Made by a program: the position numbers and the translations under genes. A DNA stretch of 43,168 nucleotides, the filler included, from Chthonomonadaceae bacterium (GTDB taxonomy: Bacteria; Armatimonadota; Chthonomonadetes; Chthonomonadales; Chthonomonadaceae), in NCBI GenBank assembly GCA_035650735.1. It is 2 parts of 2 records of this genome, joined end to end, with 100 filler letters (N's around TTAATTAATTAA, not from the genome) between each part and the next. Parts side by side here need not be neighbours in the genome. Positions count along the whole stretch, not along the records: positions 16,207 to 43,168 come from DASRGZ010000222.1; 1 more part is not named here. The stretch is one strand, 5' to 3'. The notes under the pieces are model-generated. The model was given only the letters and a program-made list of their open reading frames with translations, searched no databases and had not been told where the DNA came from. Positions within the stretch are counted from its first letter, which is position 1. Each line of letters begins with the position of its first letter. Positions 19,275-28,638 of this stretch are shown one piece after another.

Positions 19275-19377
19275 ACCCAAGTTGCTACCTAGGAACACGT
19301 TTGAGAGAGAATCGCTCTGGAAACCGGCTTTTGCATCACCGTTTGCCTTCTCGAAGAGGCAAGGTAGCAACTTGAGT
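19275..19377. mobile_element. MITE family A, copy 2 (103 bp)
   Basis: Identical to 5074-5176; flanked by a TATTA direct repeat (19270-19274, 19378-19382). Confidence 0.9.
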
Positions 19378-19755
19378 TATTAGCGAAAAATTCCGGTTAT
19401 GTATGTGAAGCGCACTACTTGCCCCTTAGTTCCCTTCCTCACTAATCCGGCACTGGCCCTAGCCTTATCTCTATCGCCAGCGTAGTTTGCCACCGTGTAC
19501 TTGAGATAAGTCTTTCTTTTGCGGTCAGGCGCTGTCTTTAAAACGCCTCTATTCACCCTCCTTGTTATCGGGGAGTAGCCAATGCCCTCCAACGCCTACC
19601 AATCGCCTGAGGCGCCCGCATCGCGCATTGCTCCAATGGGCGCAGGGTGCGGCGAATGGGCGGAGCGTAGATCATTCGGATACTACGGTTAGCCGTCTGC
19701 CAGAACCAAAGCCAATCCTTGCTTGGGCTCTTCCAGTCGACGGAAAGAAAAGGCC

Positions 19756-21387
19756 ATGTCCAAGCTCTTTTGCGAGGTTATCGGCTGTGGCGAGCGCGCC
19801 TCGTTTGTGCGCATCGCCGAAGGCAGCGGTATTCTGGAAGAATATCTTTGTGCCTTTTGCCATCGCCAGTTGCTGGGACGTTCTGCCGATGACGCGATCT
19901 GCTATGCCCCTTTGCAGGCTTTCGACTCCTTGGTGGAGCGCTGCTTCTGGGCCGAGGATGCCCTGGCAGGCGACACCACAGACAGGGCAGCTCCTCAGCT
20001 GCTGCCCGCCTCCCCCACCACGCAGCCACTACGTTCCCATCCAGGGGCGGAGCCTCCTCTGCAAGCCCGCAACCGCCAGATGGCCGCCATCCACGCCATG
20101 TGCGCCTCTCTGTCAAGCACCCTGGATCTCGACCAGTGCCTGCACCGCATTCTCACAGTCTGTGTCCAAGCCATTGATGGGGTGGCCGGTTCTATCTACC
20201 TGTACCGACCCGGCGACAACACGCTCGTCTTCGCGCATGTCGTGGGTTCGAAGGAGCACGAACTTACCGGACAGACGATCCCTGCTGCCAGCGGCATAGC
20301 GGGGGCCGTATTCCAGTCCCAAGAGCCTCAGATTACCCACGCGCCGCGCCAAAATCCCCTCCATCGCCCCGATATCGGGGAGGGCATTGGTTTGGTGACG
20401 GAAAGCCTGGTAACTGTGCCGCTCAACTGTAAGGCCGGCAAGCCGGTGGGAGTGCTCCAGGTACTCAACAAGCAGCACGGGCAGTTTACCGCCGGCGATC
20501 TGGAGGTACTGGAGATTGTGGCCTCGATTGCCGCTATGGCCATAGAGACCCGGCAGTTGCATCAGGACTTGAAATTGGCCGCTGTGGCGCGCGCTTTAGG
20601 CGATCTCAGCCATGACATCAAGAACAAGGTAGCCCTGATCCCGCTGGCGATGGACACACTCAATCTCATGCTGGAGGCCATGTATACCAAAATCGATCAG
20701 ATCGCAGAGCATGCCCCCGCTCTCCTGGGCGCGGCCCTGCGGCAGACAATAGAGGAATCGCGGGGTTTCTACCCGGAGAGTTCCCAGATTATCCGAGACG
20801 AGGTCCAGGAGCTCTTCAGCTACACAGAGATGATTGCCAATGCCGTCAAAGGGATCGTCAGCGTGCCGCAGTTACGGCTGCATAAGCTAGAGGACATGCT
20901 AGAGAGGCCAATGCAGGCGCTGGCTCCTCTGGCGTTACAGGCAGGCGTCCATCTGATGGGGGATTTCGGAGCGATAGAGTTCTATTTTGATCCGTTTCTT
21001 GTAGAGCGGGCTGTGTATAACCTGATACATAACGCGATCTCGGCCACGCCGGAGGGGGGCACGGTGACCGTGCGGACCACGGCGTGCAAAGAGGGAACCT
21101 TCCCCGCAGGCAACTTTGTGCTGATTGAAGTCAACGATACCGGACAGGGAATGTCTGCGCTTCTCCTCCAGCGCCTTCTCAGCGGGGAAGCGACCAGTAC
21201 CAAGCTGGGGGGAACCGGTCTGGGAACACGTCTGATTTACAATGCGGTGGCGGCCCATCAGGGTCGCTTCGAGGGCACAAGTCAGGAAGGGGTTGGCAGC
21301 ACCTTCGGCTTGAGGTTGCCCCTTCTCTTCGAGCCATCCGAGCAGTCGGATCGGTCGGGGAGTTCTCCGACTCGCGCGGACGACTAG
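19756..21387 (+). CDS. GAF-domain sensor histidine kinase with a Cys-rich N-terminus
   Basis: GAF (GIAGAV..LVTVPL..VGVLQVLNK), H-box LSHDIKN, NLIHNA, DTGQG, GGTGLG. Confidence 0.88.
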   Translation: MSKLFCEVIGCGERASFVRIAEGSGILEEYLCAFCHRQLLGRSADDAICYAPLQAFDSLVERCFWAEDALAGDTTDRAAPQLLPASPTTQPLRSHPGAEPPLQARNRQMAAIHAMCASLSSTLDLDQCLHRILTVCVQAIDGVAGSIYLYRPGDNTLVFAHVVGSKEHELTGQTIPAASGIAGAVFQSQEPQITHAPRQNPLHRPDIGEGIGLVTESLVTVPLNCKAGKPVGVLQVLNKQHGQFTAGDLEVLEIVASIAAMAIETRQLHQDLKLAAVARALGDLSHDIKNKVALIPLAMDTLNLMLEAMYTKIDQIAEHAPALLGAALRQTIEESRGFYPESSQIIRDEVQELFSYTEMIANAVKGIVSVPQLRLHKLEDMLERPMQALAPLALQAGVHLMGDFGAIEFYFDPFLVERAVYNLIHNAISATPEGGTVTVRTTACKEGTFPAGNFVLIEVNDTGQGMSALLLQRLLSGEATSTKLGGTGLGTRLIYNAVAAHQGRFEGTSQEGVGSTFGLRLPLLFEPSEQSDRSGSSPTRADD

Positions 21388-21565
21388 GGCGGGGCGGGAG
21401 CGTTGCCTTGTCCGGTCGTTCCCTATGAGACGTGTGGCTCTGCTGTTCCGTGCCCGTCAGAGGCTGCACGGGCGCTTGGCAGACGAGGTAGGTTTCACCG
21501 GGGAATCTCAGCGGGAAGCCATGGCGCGTTTTGCAGGCCCAAGCCAGAAAGCCAGAGGTAGCATC

Positions 21566-23067
21566 ATGGAAGGCGAGTCCGAACTCTACGAGACCAAACG
21601 ACAGGCGCGCCAGCGGGCGCGCACTCCTGAGGCCATTCTAGAAAGCGAAGAGTGGCTGTTTACGACCTTGCAGAGCATTGGGGATGCGGTCATTGCCACC
21701 GATGCCCACGGCTTTGTTGTCTTCATGAACCCGGTGGCGGTACAGCTTACAGGCTGGAGCGAGGAAATGGCCTTGGGCAAAGACTGCCGTGAGGTCTTCC
21801 ACATCGTTAACGAAACCACCCGCCGGGAAACCGAAAGTCCGGTCACCAGGGTGCTGCGGGATGGGGTGATCTCGGGCTTAGCCAACCACACGCTTTGGAT
21901 TTCTCGGGATGGAACAGAGCGCAGCATTGATGACAGCGGCGCGCCCATTGGTAGACACCCCCAATCGTGTGGATACATCTCAAAAGCGTGCGCTCCATGA
22001 GAAGCGTCAACACGGTTGGGAGGGATTACCCGCCCATTCGGGATAAAGAGGGAACACTCCTCGGCATCGTGCTCATCTTCCGGGATATTACGGAGCGCCG
22101 GGATATGGAGCGGACCTTACAAGAGCAGCAGACCATCCTGCAAACCTTGTTTGACCATATCCCTGTCCTGGTCGCCTTTTTCGATACGACCGGGCAGTTA
22201 AAATGGGGCAATCGCGAATGGCAGCGCGTCCTCGGTTGGTCTCTGGAAGAGCTGCACAGCCCGCAGAGAATGGCGGAACTGACCCTCGACCTGGCCCAGC
22301 CGCAGGAACCGGGCGCCATTGCAAAATGGGCCGCGCCCGTCTGGCAAGACATTATGCTGCGGGACAAAGACGGACGCCTGCTCGCTATCTCGTGGGCCCA
22401 GGTTCGGCTCTCGGACGGAACCCGAATTGGCATCGGCCAGGACATCACGCATCGCAAAGCCCAGGAAACAGACATTCAGGCCCGCAATCAACGCTTAGAG
22501 CAGGCCATGCAAGAGACCGAGCACCGGGTTAAGAATAACCTGCATTCGGTGGCCGCGCTGTTGGATCTGCAGGTTCTGGCCCATCCCGAGGCCGTTCCGG
22601 TCCAGGAACTCACTCGGGTGCGTACACACGTCACGGCCCTGGCTGCTATCCACGATCTGCTTACGCAAGATGTCAAGGCAGGCAGGCTCCTCAACCTGAT
22701 CTCAGCCAGGGCAATGCTGCAAAAGCTGCTTCCTCTGCTACAGGAGACGGTTGGCGCGCCTCGGATCCAGTGGAGCGCTGAGGAGGTGTCTTTGCCCATC
22801 AAGCAGAGCATGTCGCTGGTGGTCGTAATCAATGAGTTGGTCACCAATGCCATCAAGCACGGAGGACAGAATGTGGAGTTGAAGCTTGCTCGGTCTGAGG
22901 ATCAGGTGACCCTGGAAGTCTGTGACGATGGACCTGGTTTTCCGCAAGCTTTCCCTCCGATTACCGCAGGCGGTTTTGGCCTGGAACAGGTAGGGTCAGC
23001 GCACCGGCAGGGGGGGACAGACACCGGCAGTAAAAACACTTTACCTAATACCTCAGGATGGTTGTAA
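21566..23067 (+). pseudogene. PAS-PAS HisKA_2 sensor kinase, interrupted by a MITE and truncated at the C-terminus
   Basis: TLQSIGDAVIATD PAS; removing 21950-22038 restores GAPIRDKEG; HRVKNNL, NELVTNAIKH, DDGPG; similarity ends after GFGLE (about 22990). Confidence 0.87.
21950..22030. mobile_element. MITE family B, copy 1 (81 bp, IS1-like ends)
   Basis: Imperfect 24-bp TIRs starting GGTA; perfect 8-bp TSD CGCCCATT (21942-21949, 22031-22038). Confidence 0.9.
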
Positions 23068-23072
23068 AGATT

Positions 23073-23154
23073 GGTAATCGCTCCCAACGGTGTGGACGTA
23101 TCTTCTCAGCAGCAGGCTGCGTGAGATTGATCCACACGGCTGGGAGTGTCTACC
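23073..23154. mobile_element. MITE family B, copy 2 (82 bp, opposite orientation, diverged core)
   Basis: Ends GGTAATCGCTCCCAA..TGGGAGTGTCTACC; flanked by TAAAGATT / TAAAGATC. Confidence 0.85.
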
Positions 23155-23414
23155 TAAAGATCAGACTTGCTGATAAAAAATCCTGCGAGAGAGGCACGGG
23201 CCGGAGAGAATGATGCTTGCCATATGCTGCTAGCGCCGACGGACCCGGTGGCTGAACCATTGTGGGGCATAGCGTCAGCGTCCTAATCTATAGAATTTAC
23301 CGTAAAAATTGATTCCGTGCCGCACTCTGGCAGGAATTCTCCGGCTGGCCGCGAATCCCTTCTGCATTCGGTGGTTTCTTTTGCCTGTATCACCTGACAG
23401 AAGGAGACAATCCC

Positions 23415-24038
23415 GTGTCCGAAGTAGCCGAACTCCTCGTCCTCCACCGCGCCCTCCTGGAGGGCGACCCTGCCGCCTCCGAACGCTTCGCCACTGCCTG
23501 TGGTCCTCGCCTGCGTGCTCTCCTCAAGCGCCGTCACGCAGCCATGCCCCGCGAACTCATTACCGATGCCGCTACAGACGCCATCCTGGCTTTTATCACG
23601 CACCCCGAGCGTTACCGGCCGGAAATGGGAAGCGTGTTCAATTACCTGCTCCATATCGCGGATAATCGTCTGCGAGATGAGTGGCGCAAACTGCGCCGCA
23701 GGCGCGAAATTTCGGTCGGGGGAAGCGTCGAACTGGCTCTGGTGGAAGCGAACTATCAGGGAGAGCGAGAAAGGCAGCCGATCACAGACGACCCGGACGC
23801 GCTGCCGCCCGAAGTGGAGGCGCTGCTTCACGACATCCTCCCCGACCCGTGCGACCGCCAGATATGGAATCTCATCTGCCAGGGACACGGCAGCACCGCC
23901 GAATTCGCCGCCCTCCTGGGAATCGCCTACCTGCCGCTTGAGGAGCAGCAGGCAGAGGTCAAGCGCCACCGCGACCGCATCGTGAAGCGCATTCAACGCC
24001 GCCGTCAGGAGTTTCGGAGACTACTTTTATGCGAATGA
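23415..24038 (+). CDS. ECF/sigma70-like RNA polymerase sigma factor
   Basis: Region 2-like (GDPAA..DAATDAIL..YLLHIADNRLRDEWRK) and region 4-like (DRQIWNL..STAEFAALLG..VKRHRDR); AAGGAG RBS. Confidence 0.78.
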   Translation: MSEVAELLVLHRALLEGDPAASERFATACGPRLRALLKRRHAAMPRELITDAATDAILAFITHPERYRPEMGSVFNYLLHIADNRLRDEWRKLRRRREISVGGSVELALVEANYQGERERQPITDDPDALPPEVEALLHDILPDPCDRQIWNLICQGHGSTAEFAALLGIAYLPLEEQQAEVKRHRDRIVKRIQRRRQEFRRLLLCE

Positions 24039-24469
24039 ACCCGGAGGCCCAAGCACGTCGGTTTCGCGCCCAACTGGTGCGCCGTGCCATTGAAACCGAT
24101 GCCCCGCTGCTGGCCGCTATCCTCGACCGTTATTCCCGCGCCGAAGGAATGGACTGGGCCGCGCTCGCCCAATCGCTTGACTGCACGGTGGACTCCCTGA
24201 ACCGCGTCGCGCTCTGCCGCCTACCCCGCCCGGACCGATTCGTGGAGGACGTGCGCGATATCGCTGGCGATTATGCCGACCCCGACCGCCTGGCGCCTCT
24301 GCTGCGCCGGTTGCAAGTGCTCGACGCTTTTGCGGCCCATTCCGCTGTCGAAACGGCTACGCCCGCCGCCGATCAGATGCTGCTGGCGGCGCGCGACCGG
24401 GAGGAAGGCACGGCAGAAGAGGAGCCGCCCGTCCAGGAAAATCCATCCACAGAGGCCAACCATGCCTGA
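24035..24469 (+). CDS. Hypothetical HTH-like protein (candidate repressor/anti-sigma)
   Basis: ATGA overlap with the sigma stop; GMDWAALAQSLDCTVDSLNRVAL HTH-like helix pair; LLAARD and an acidic tail. Confidence 0.75.
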   Translation: MNPEAQARRFRAQLVRRAIETDAPLLAAILDRYSRAEGMDWAALAQSLDCTVDSLNRVALCRLPRPDRFVEDVRDIAGDYADPDRLAPLLRRLQVLDAFAAHSAVETATPAADQMLLAARDREEGTAEEEPPVQENPSTEANHA

Positions 24470-25196
24470 GTCCCGTCTTACTGCCGCCCGCCTGCGCGCC
24501 GACGCCCAGGCCCTTCCCGACGTCCGGCTCGATATCGAGGCCGTGCTGCCCTGGCTCTATCCTGCCGCCTGCGTGCGCCTGCCCGAACTGCGTATCTCGA
24601 AGCTGCGCGACTGGCTCTGGCGGCACCAGGCCCTTATTCCCCCCGGCCTCACCGCCTGCCGGGACCGCCGTCTGCGCGGAGGCGTGGTCGCCTGGCGCGG
24701 GTTCGGCCTGCTATTTGCCGACCGGGACGATACCGAGGACGAGCAGCGCTTCACCCTCGCCCACGAAGCCGCCCACTATCTGCGCGATCATCTCTATCCG
24801 CGCTGCGACCTGCTGCGCCGCTTCGGCCCGGCGATACAGCCGGTATTAGACGGCCTGCGCCCGCCGACCCGCGAGGAGCGGATAGACGCGCTGCTTGCCC
24901 ATGCCTCGCTCACCTTCCACACTCACCTGTTGGAACGCGACGTCGCCCCCGATCCATCCCTCGATGCCCTGGAAGCCGACGCTGACGCCTTCGCCTGCGA
25001 GATACTGGCTCCTATCGCCGCCCTGGAGGCCCGATTTCCCTCTCTCTCCGCCGATGAAAATACGGTTCGCGAAGTGCAGGCCGCCCTCTGCGCCGATTAC
25101 CGTCTGCCGCCAAAACCTGCCCTTGCCTATGCGCGCGCGTTCGTGGCGGAACGCGGCGCTCCCGTTACCCTGTTGCACCGCCTGAGCCTGGCCTGA
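24462..25196 (+). CDS. ImmA/IrrE-family zinc metallopeptidase
   Basis: EQRFTLAHEAAHY and LEADADAFACEILAP motifs; start overlaps the upstream gene. Confidence 0.88.
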   Translation: MPESRLTAARLRADAQALPDVRLDIEAVLPWLYPAACVRLPELRISKLRDWLWRHQALIPPGLTACRDRRLRGGVVAWRGFGLLFADRDDTEDEQRFTLAHEAAHYLRDHLYPRCDLLRRFGPAIQPVLDGLRPPTREERIDALLAHASLTFHTHLLERDVAPDPSLDALEADADAFACEILAPIAALEARFPSLSADENTVREVQAALCADYRLPPKPALAYARAFVAERGAPVTLLHRLSLA

Positions 25197-25370
25197 ACAC
25201 CACAAAAAAATTGACGCCCGCACGTCGAGCTTCGCCCATGCACAGCGAAGAATCCATGCCATAAGCCGCAGAGTCCGACTTGCGCCCACGCGGGAGATAG
25301 AGGAACTTTCCCTTCAGATGAAGGGAAAGGCCCGCCCGGGCTCATGCGGGAAATAGCGAAAGGAGAGGCC

Positions 25371-26564
25371 ATGTCCGATAACGCAGCCCAGCTGCCAACG
25401 TCGGATGCGTTTGCTGAAGCCTTCGGCGAGCCGATCAAGCAGGTGCTTGACCTGAACACCTGGTGCCAGGGGGCCGATCTCGCCTCGCTCTACCCGGCGC
25501 TGCGGCAGATGGTGGCCCAGAGCGTGGAGCAGGAGCGGCGGGTGCGCAACCCGATCCGCGCACAGGTTTTCCCACGCATTCGGCAGGGCATCAACGCGGC
25601 TGCGCCCAAAAGCGCGGGCGTCTACCAGATGGACGAGAAGCAGATCGAGCTGGTCCATCGCGGCTTGCTGTTCAACGGCGGAACCGAGTGCTGCGACGGA
25701 ACGGTGGTCGGCCACAACTCGCTGGTGCTGTCCGTCTACCAGATAGGCATGGCGCTGGTCGCCTATCAAGGCAGTTGCGGCACCTGGGTACATCGGCTCT
25801 ACCGACACGATATGTACGCCCAATTTGCTGATCCCATCGAGGAGACGCTGGCCTTGCTGCGGAAACGCCAACAGCGCGAACCGGATAACGCCGAGGCGCC
25901 GCGCGATCCGCTCACGCGCCTGATACGCCGCGCCCTGATGGATTGGGCTGAGCGGGCCATCCTCACCCGCGTTTCCAAAATGCTCTGGCGCATGGGGCAC
26001 GGGCATCCGATCCCCTACAGCCTGCTCCTGCCGACAACGGACGCGCTGGTAGAGGACAGCGTTGCCGTGCTGCGGGAGCTTATCCTGGAGCACAAGCGGT
26101 TCGTCTTCGTCAGCAGCGAACCCAGCGACCGCTTTCTGCTCACGCTCGGCAACGCGCTGCATCCGCTGGAGTTTGCGGTCGTGGAAACCCTGGAACACTC
26201 GCTGAGCGACGCTATGCTACACCGCCTGGCGGCACAGGGAGGCCATCAACAGGCCCTACAGCGGATAGGGGCGTGCGTGCGGGAAGTGCGCTCGGAGGTC
26301 GTGACCGGCGTCTACCGGGCCTCGCTCCATGCGCCCGCCCGCGTCTTCTATGCGCACAAAGATTTTGCGTGCGAGGCGGCGGCCATCGCCATGGCCGATT
26401 CGGTCTTGCAGCCTCATCGCGGCTTTCCGATGCTGATTGACCTGGCCGACATCGTCTGCGGCAACACCTTCGACTGCGGCACGTTCCTGGGAACCATTCA
26501 CGATGCCTATGCCGCCGCCGGTGAGCCGATCCGCTACCTCGGTGAGCGGGAGACGAGAAGCTAA
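25371..26564 (+). CDS. Divergent NurA-like (RNase H-fold) nuclease
   Basis: CCDGT plus beta-hairpin (NurA A-x-D-G-S motif); C-terminal GFPMLIDLAD (NurA GYP..L..AH/D); upstream of HerA; AGGAG RBS. Confidence 0.68.
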   Translation: MSDNAAQLPTSDAFAEAFGEPIKQVLDLNTWCQGADLASLYPALRQMVAQSVEQERRVRNPIRAQVFPRIRQGINAAAPKSAGVYQMDEKQIELVHRGLLFNGGTECCDGTVVGHNSLVLSVYQIGMALVAYQGSCGTWVHRLYRHDMYAQFADPIEETLALLRKRQQREPDNAEAPRDPLTRLIRRALMDWAERAILTRVSKMLWRMGHGHPIPYSLLLPTTDALVEDSVAVLRELILEHKRFVFVSSEPSDRFLLTLGNALHPLEFAVVETLEHSLSDAMLHRLAAQGGHQQALQRIGACVREVRSEVVTGVYRASLHAPARVFYAHKDFACEAAAIAMADSVLQPHRGFPMLIDLADIVCGNTFDCGTFLGTIHDAYAAAGEPIRYLGERETRS

Positions 26565-26638
26565 AAGGGCCAAACGCTCCCATCACCTGGCTGCAAAATC
26601 TAGTCGTTAGCCCATAAGCAAACCAGGGATATCTAAAT

Positions 26639-26701
26639 CGTAGTTTCGTCCGCGAGGACGGTTGGCCGTAGGCCACCCAGACGGGTACTTTTAGTGCCCG
26701 G
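26639..26701. repeat. Short structured intergenic repeat, similar to 5875-5942
   Basis: Shared CGTCCGC.AGGACGGTTGGC..CAGACGGG..GCCCGGC core. Confidence 0.55.
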
Positions 26702-26765
26702 CTCCGGGTGCATTATGTGCCTATCTTTGGTGAACGGGAAACGAGAACTTGAGGAAGAAACGAAA

Positions 26766-28625
26766 ATGCGACTCGAAGACGCCGATAATAGAGAACTGCC
26801 GGAGGCTCCGGACGACATCGCGCAGCGGTTTCCGGAGGAGGCGGTCGTACAGATTCGAGAGGATATTTCCAGATTGGGCGGTCCCTACGTTCCTCCTGCC
26901 GACCGCGAGGGCTCGGTGGGCGTCACCATGTTTGACACGCCCACCTCCGATGACGATACGATTCCCATTCTGCTGCCCCGGCAAAACATCGGCCTGCTGC
27001 CTTCCCAGGCTGCCGTCCGTATCAAGAGCGCCGATGGGCGAGTCTATCTCGGCGTGGTGGTGCGCGGGCCGTTTGCGCTGCCGGACGGTCTGCGGGCCGA
27101 TGCGCCCCCGATTGTGGCGACGGCCATTCGCGGCGGCGTGTTTCTGCCGGAGTATCACGGCCTGGTCATCGTAGAGATCGCGGGCGAGGAGCGCAACGGC
27201 AGCCTTCAGCCGCACCGCTTCCGTCCGCTGCCCAACAGTCCCGTCTGGGTTCTCTCGGACGAGGAGGTACAGGATTTCCTCCGGACGGGCGGGAACGTGC
27301 GGCTGGGCATGGCCTACGGGCACGATAATCTGGAGATCGCCTTCCCCGCCAACGACAAGTCCGTCCTGCCGCGCCATACGGGCATCCTCGGCACCACGGG
27401 CGGCGGCAAGTCTACTACGGTCGCCAATCTCATCTGCCAGCTTCAGGCGGCGGGCGTCGCCGTTATTCTGCTGGACACGGAGGGTGAGTACACCGTCATC
27501 AATGAACCGACCGACGACCCGAAGATGATGCAGGCGCTTGCTGAACGAGGCCGCCAGCCGCAGGGCGTGGAGGACACCCACCTCTACTACCTCGTCGGGC
27601 GGCAGAGCGCGAACCCGTTCCATCCCAAACGCCTGCCCTTCTCCCCCGCCTTCTCTAATATCTCTCCCTATGCCGCGCTGGAGATTTTCGACTTAAACGA
27701 GGCGCAGGAAGAGCGGTTCCAGAAGGCGATCAGCGTCACGGTGCGCGCCCTGGACGAGCTCAAAATCTGGACGGAGGCGGATCTGAAGTTTGTCAAGGAG
27801 GAGATGGACGAGTTCGACGCGGGCTACCCGAAGATGCGCCTCTCCCACCTCTACGATGTCACCCGCACCGTTGCCGATCTGCTCCAGCATGGGGCGCGCT
27901 CACCCTACCCGGTGCTCCTCTCGCCGGAGTTCCGCAGCAAGGAGGCCGAGTTCGACCGGCTGCTGAAAGAGGCGACAAAGGACGAGTCGAAGCGCTGGGA
28001 TAGCTGGCGCAAAGTGCAGGGTAAGCTCGGACGCATCGAGCGCCTGAACCTGTTCGATAATCGCAACGCACCGCCGCTAGATTACAAGAAGCTGCTCGCG
28101 CCGGGACAGGTCTCCATCATAGACCTGTCGGATACCGACTCGACGCTGGTCAACAACCTCATCATCAGCGACCTGCTGCGCGGCGTCCAGAAGGCGCAGG
28201 AGGAGGCATATCAGCAGGCGACGACGCTGGGGCGCGATCCAACGCCGGTCGTCCTCATTATCGAGGAGGCCCATGAGTTTCTTTCCGCCCAACGCATCGG
28301 CAAAATGCCGATCCTGCATCAGCAGGTGGAGCGCATCGCCAAGCGCGGGCGCAAGCGCTGGCTGGGCCTGGCCTTTGTGACGCAGCTTCCGCAACACCTG
28401 CCCGATGCCATCCTCGGCCTGGTGAACAACTTTATCCTGCACAAGATCGGCGATGCCAACGTTATCAGCCGCCTGAAACGGAGCATCGGCAGCGTGGATG
28501 AGTCACTCTGGACGCGCCTGCCGCGCCTGGCGCCGGGGCAGGCGGTCGTCTCCGTCGCCAGCCTCGCCCGCCCGATGCTGACCGCCATGGACCCCGCGCC
28601 CTGCCAACTTAAAATGGTGCGTTAG
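26766..28625 (+). CDS. herA: HerA/FtsK-family ATPase (HAS-barrel + DUF87)
   Basis: Walker A GTTGGGKST, LLDTEGEY, Walker B IIEEAHEF, IAKRGRK..LAFVTQ.P, L.PGQA. Confidence 0.9.
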   Translation: MRLEDADNRELPEAPDDIAQRFPEEAVVQIREDISRLGGPYVPPADREGSVGVTMFDTPTSDDDTIPILLPRQNIGLLPSQAAVRIKSADGRVYLGVVVRGPFALPDGLRADAPPIVATAIRGGVFLPEYHGLVIVEIAGEERNGSLQPHRFRPLPNSPVWVLSDEEVQDFLRTGGNVRLGMAYGHDNLEIAFPANDKSVLPRHTGILGTTGGGKSTTVANLICQLQAAGVAVILLDTEGEYTVINEPTDDPKMMQALAERGRQPQGVEDTHLYYLVGRQSANPFHPKRLPFSPAFSNISPYAALEIFDLNEAQEERFQKAISVTVRALDELKIWTEADLKFVKEEMDEFDAGYPKMRLSHLYDVTRTVADLLQHGARSPYPVLLSPEFRSKEAEFDRLLKEATKDESKRWDSWRKVQGKLGRIERLNLFDNRNAPPLDYKKLLAPGQVSIIDLSDTDSTLVNNLIISDLLRGVQKAQEEAYQQATTLGRDPTPVVLIIEEAHEFLSAQRIGKMPILHQQVERIAKRGRKRWLGLAFVTQLPQHLPDAILGLVNNFILHKIGDANVISRLKRSIGSVDESLWTRLPRLAPGQAVVSVASLARPMLTAMDPAPCQLKMVR

Positions 28626-28638
28626 GAGAGGAACCGCT

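Noticed and set aside
22989..23045. Third MITE with GGTA..TACC ends
   Set aside because: Terminal complementarity is weak, with no target duplication and no second copy.
25201..25245. sigma70 promoter upstream of nurA (A-tract + TTGACG)
   Set aside because: No credible -10 hexamer at 16-18 nt spacing; it could still be an alternative-sigma promoter.
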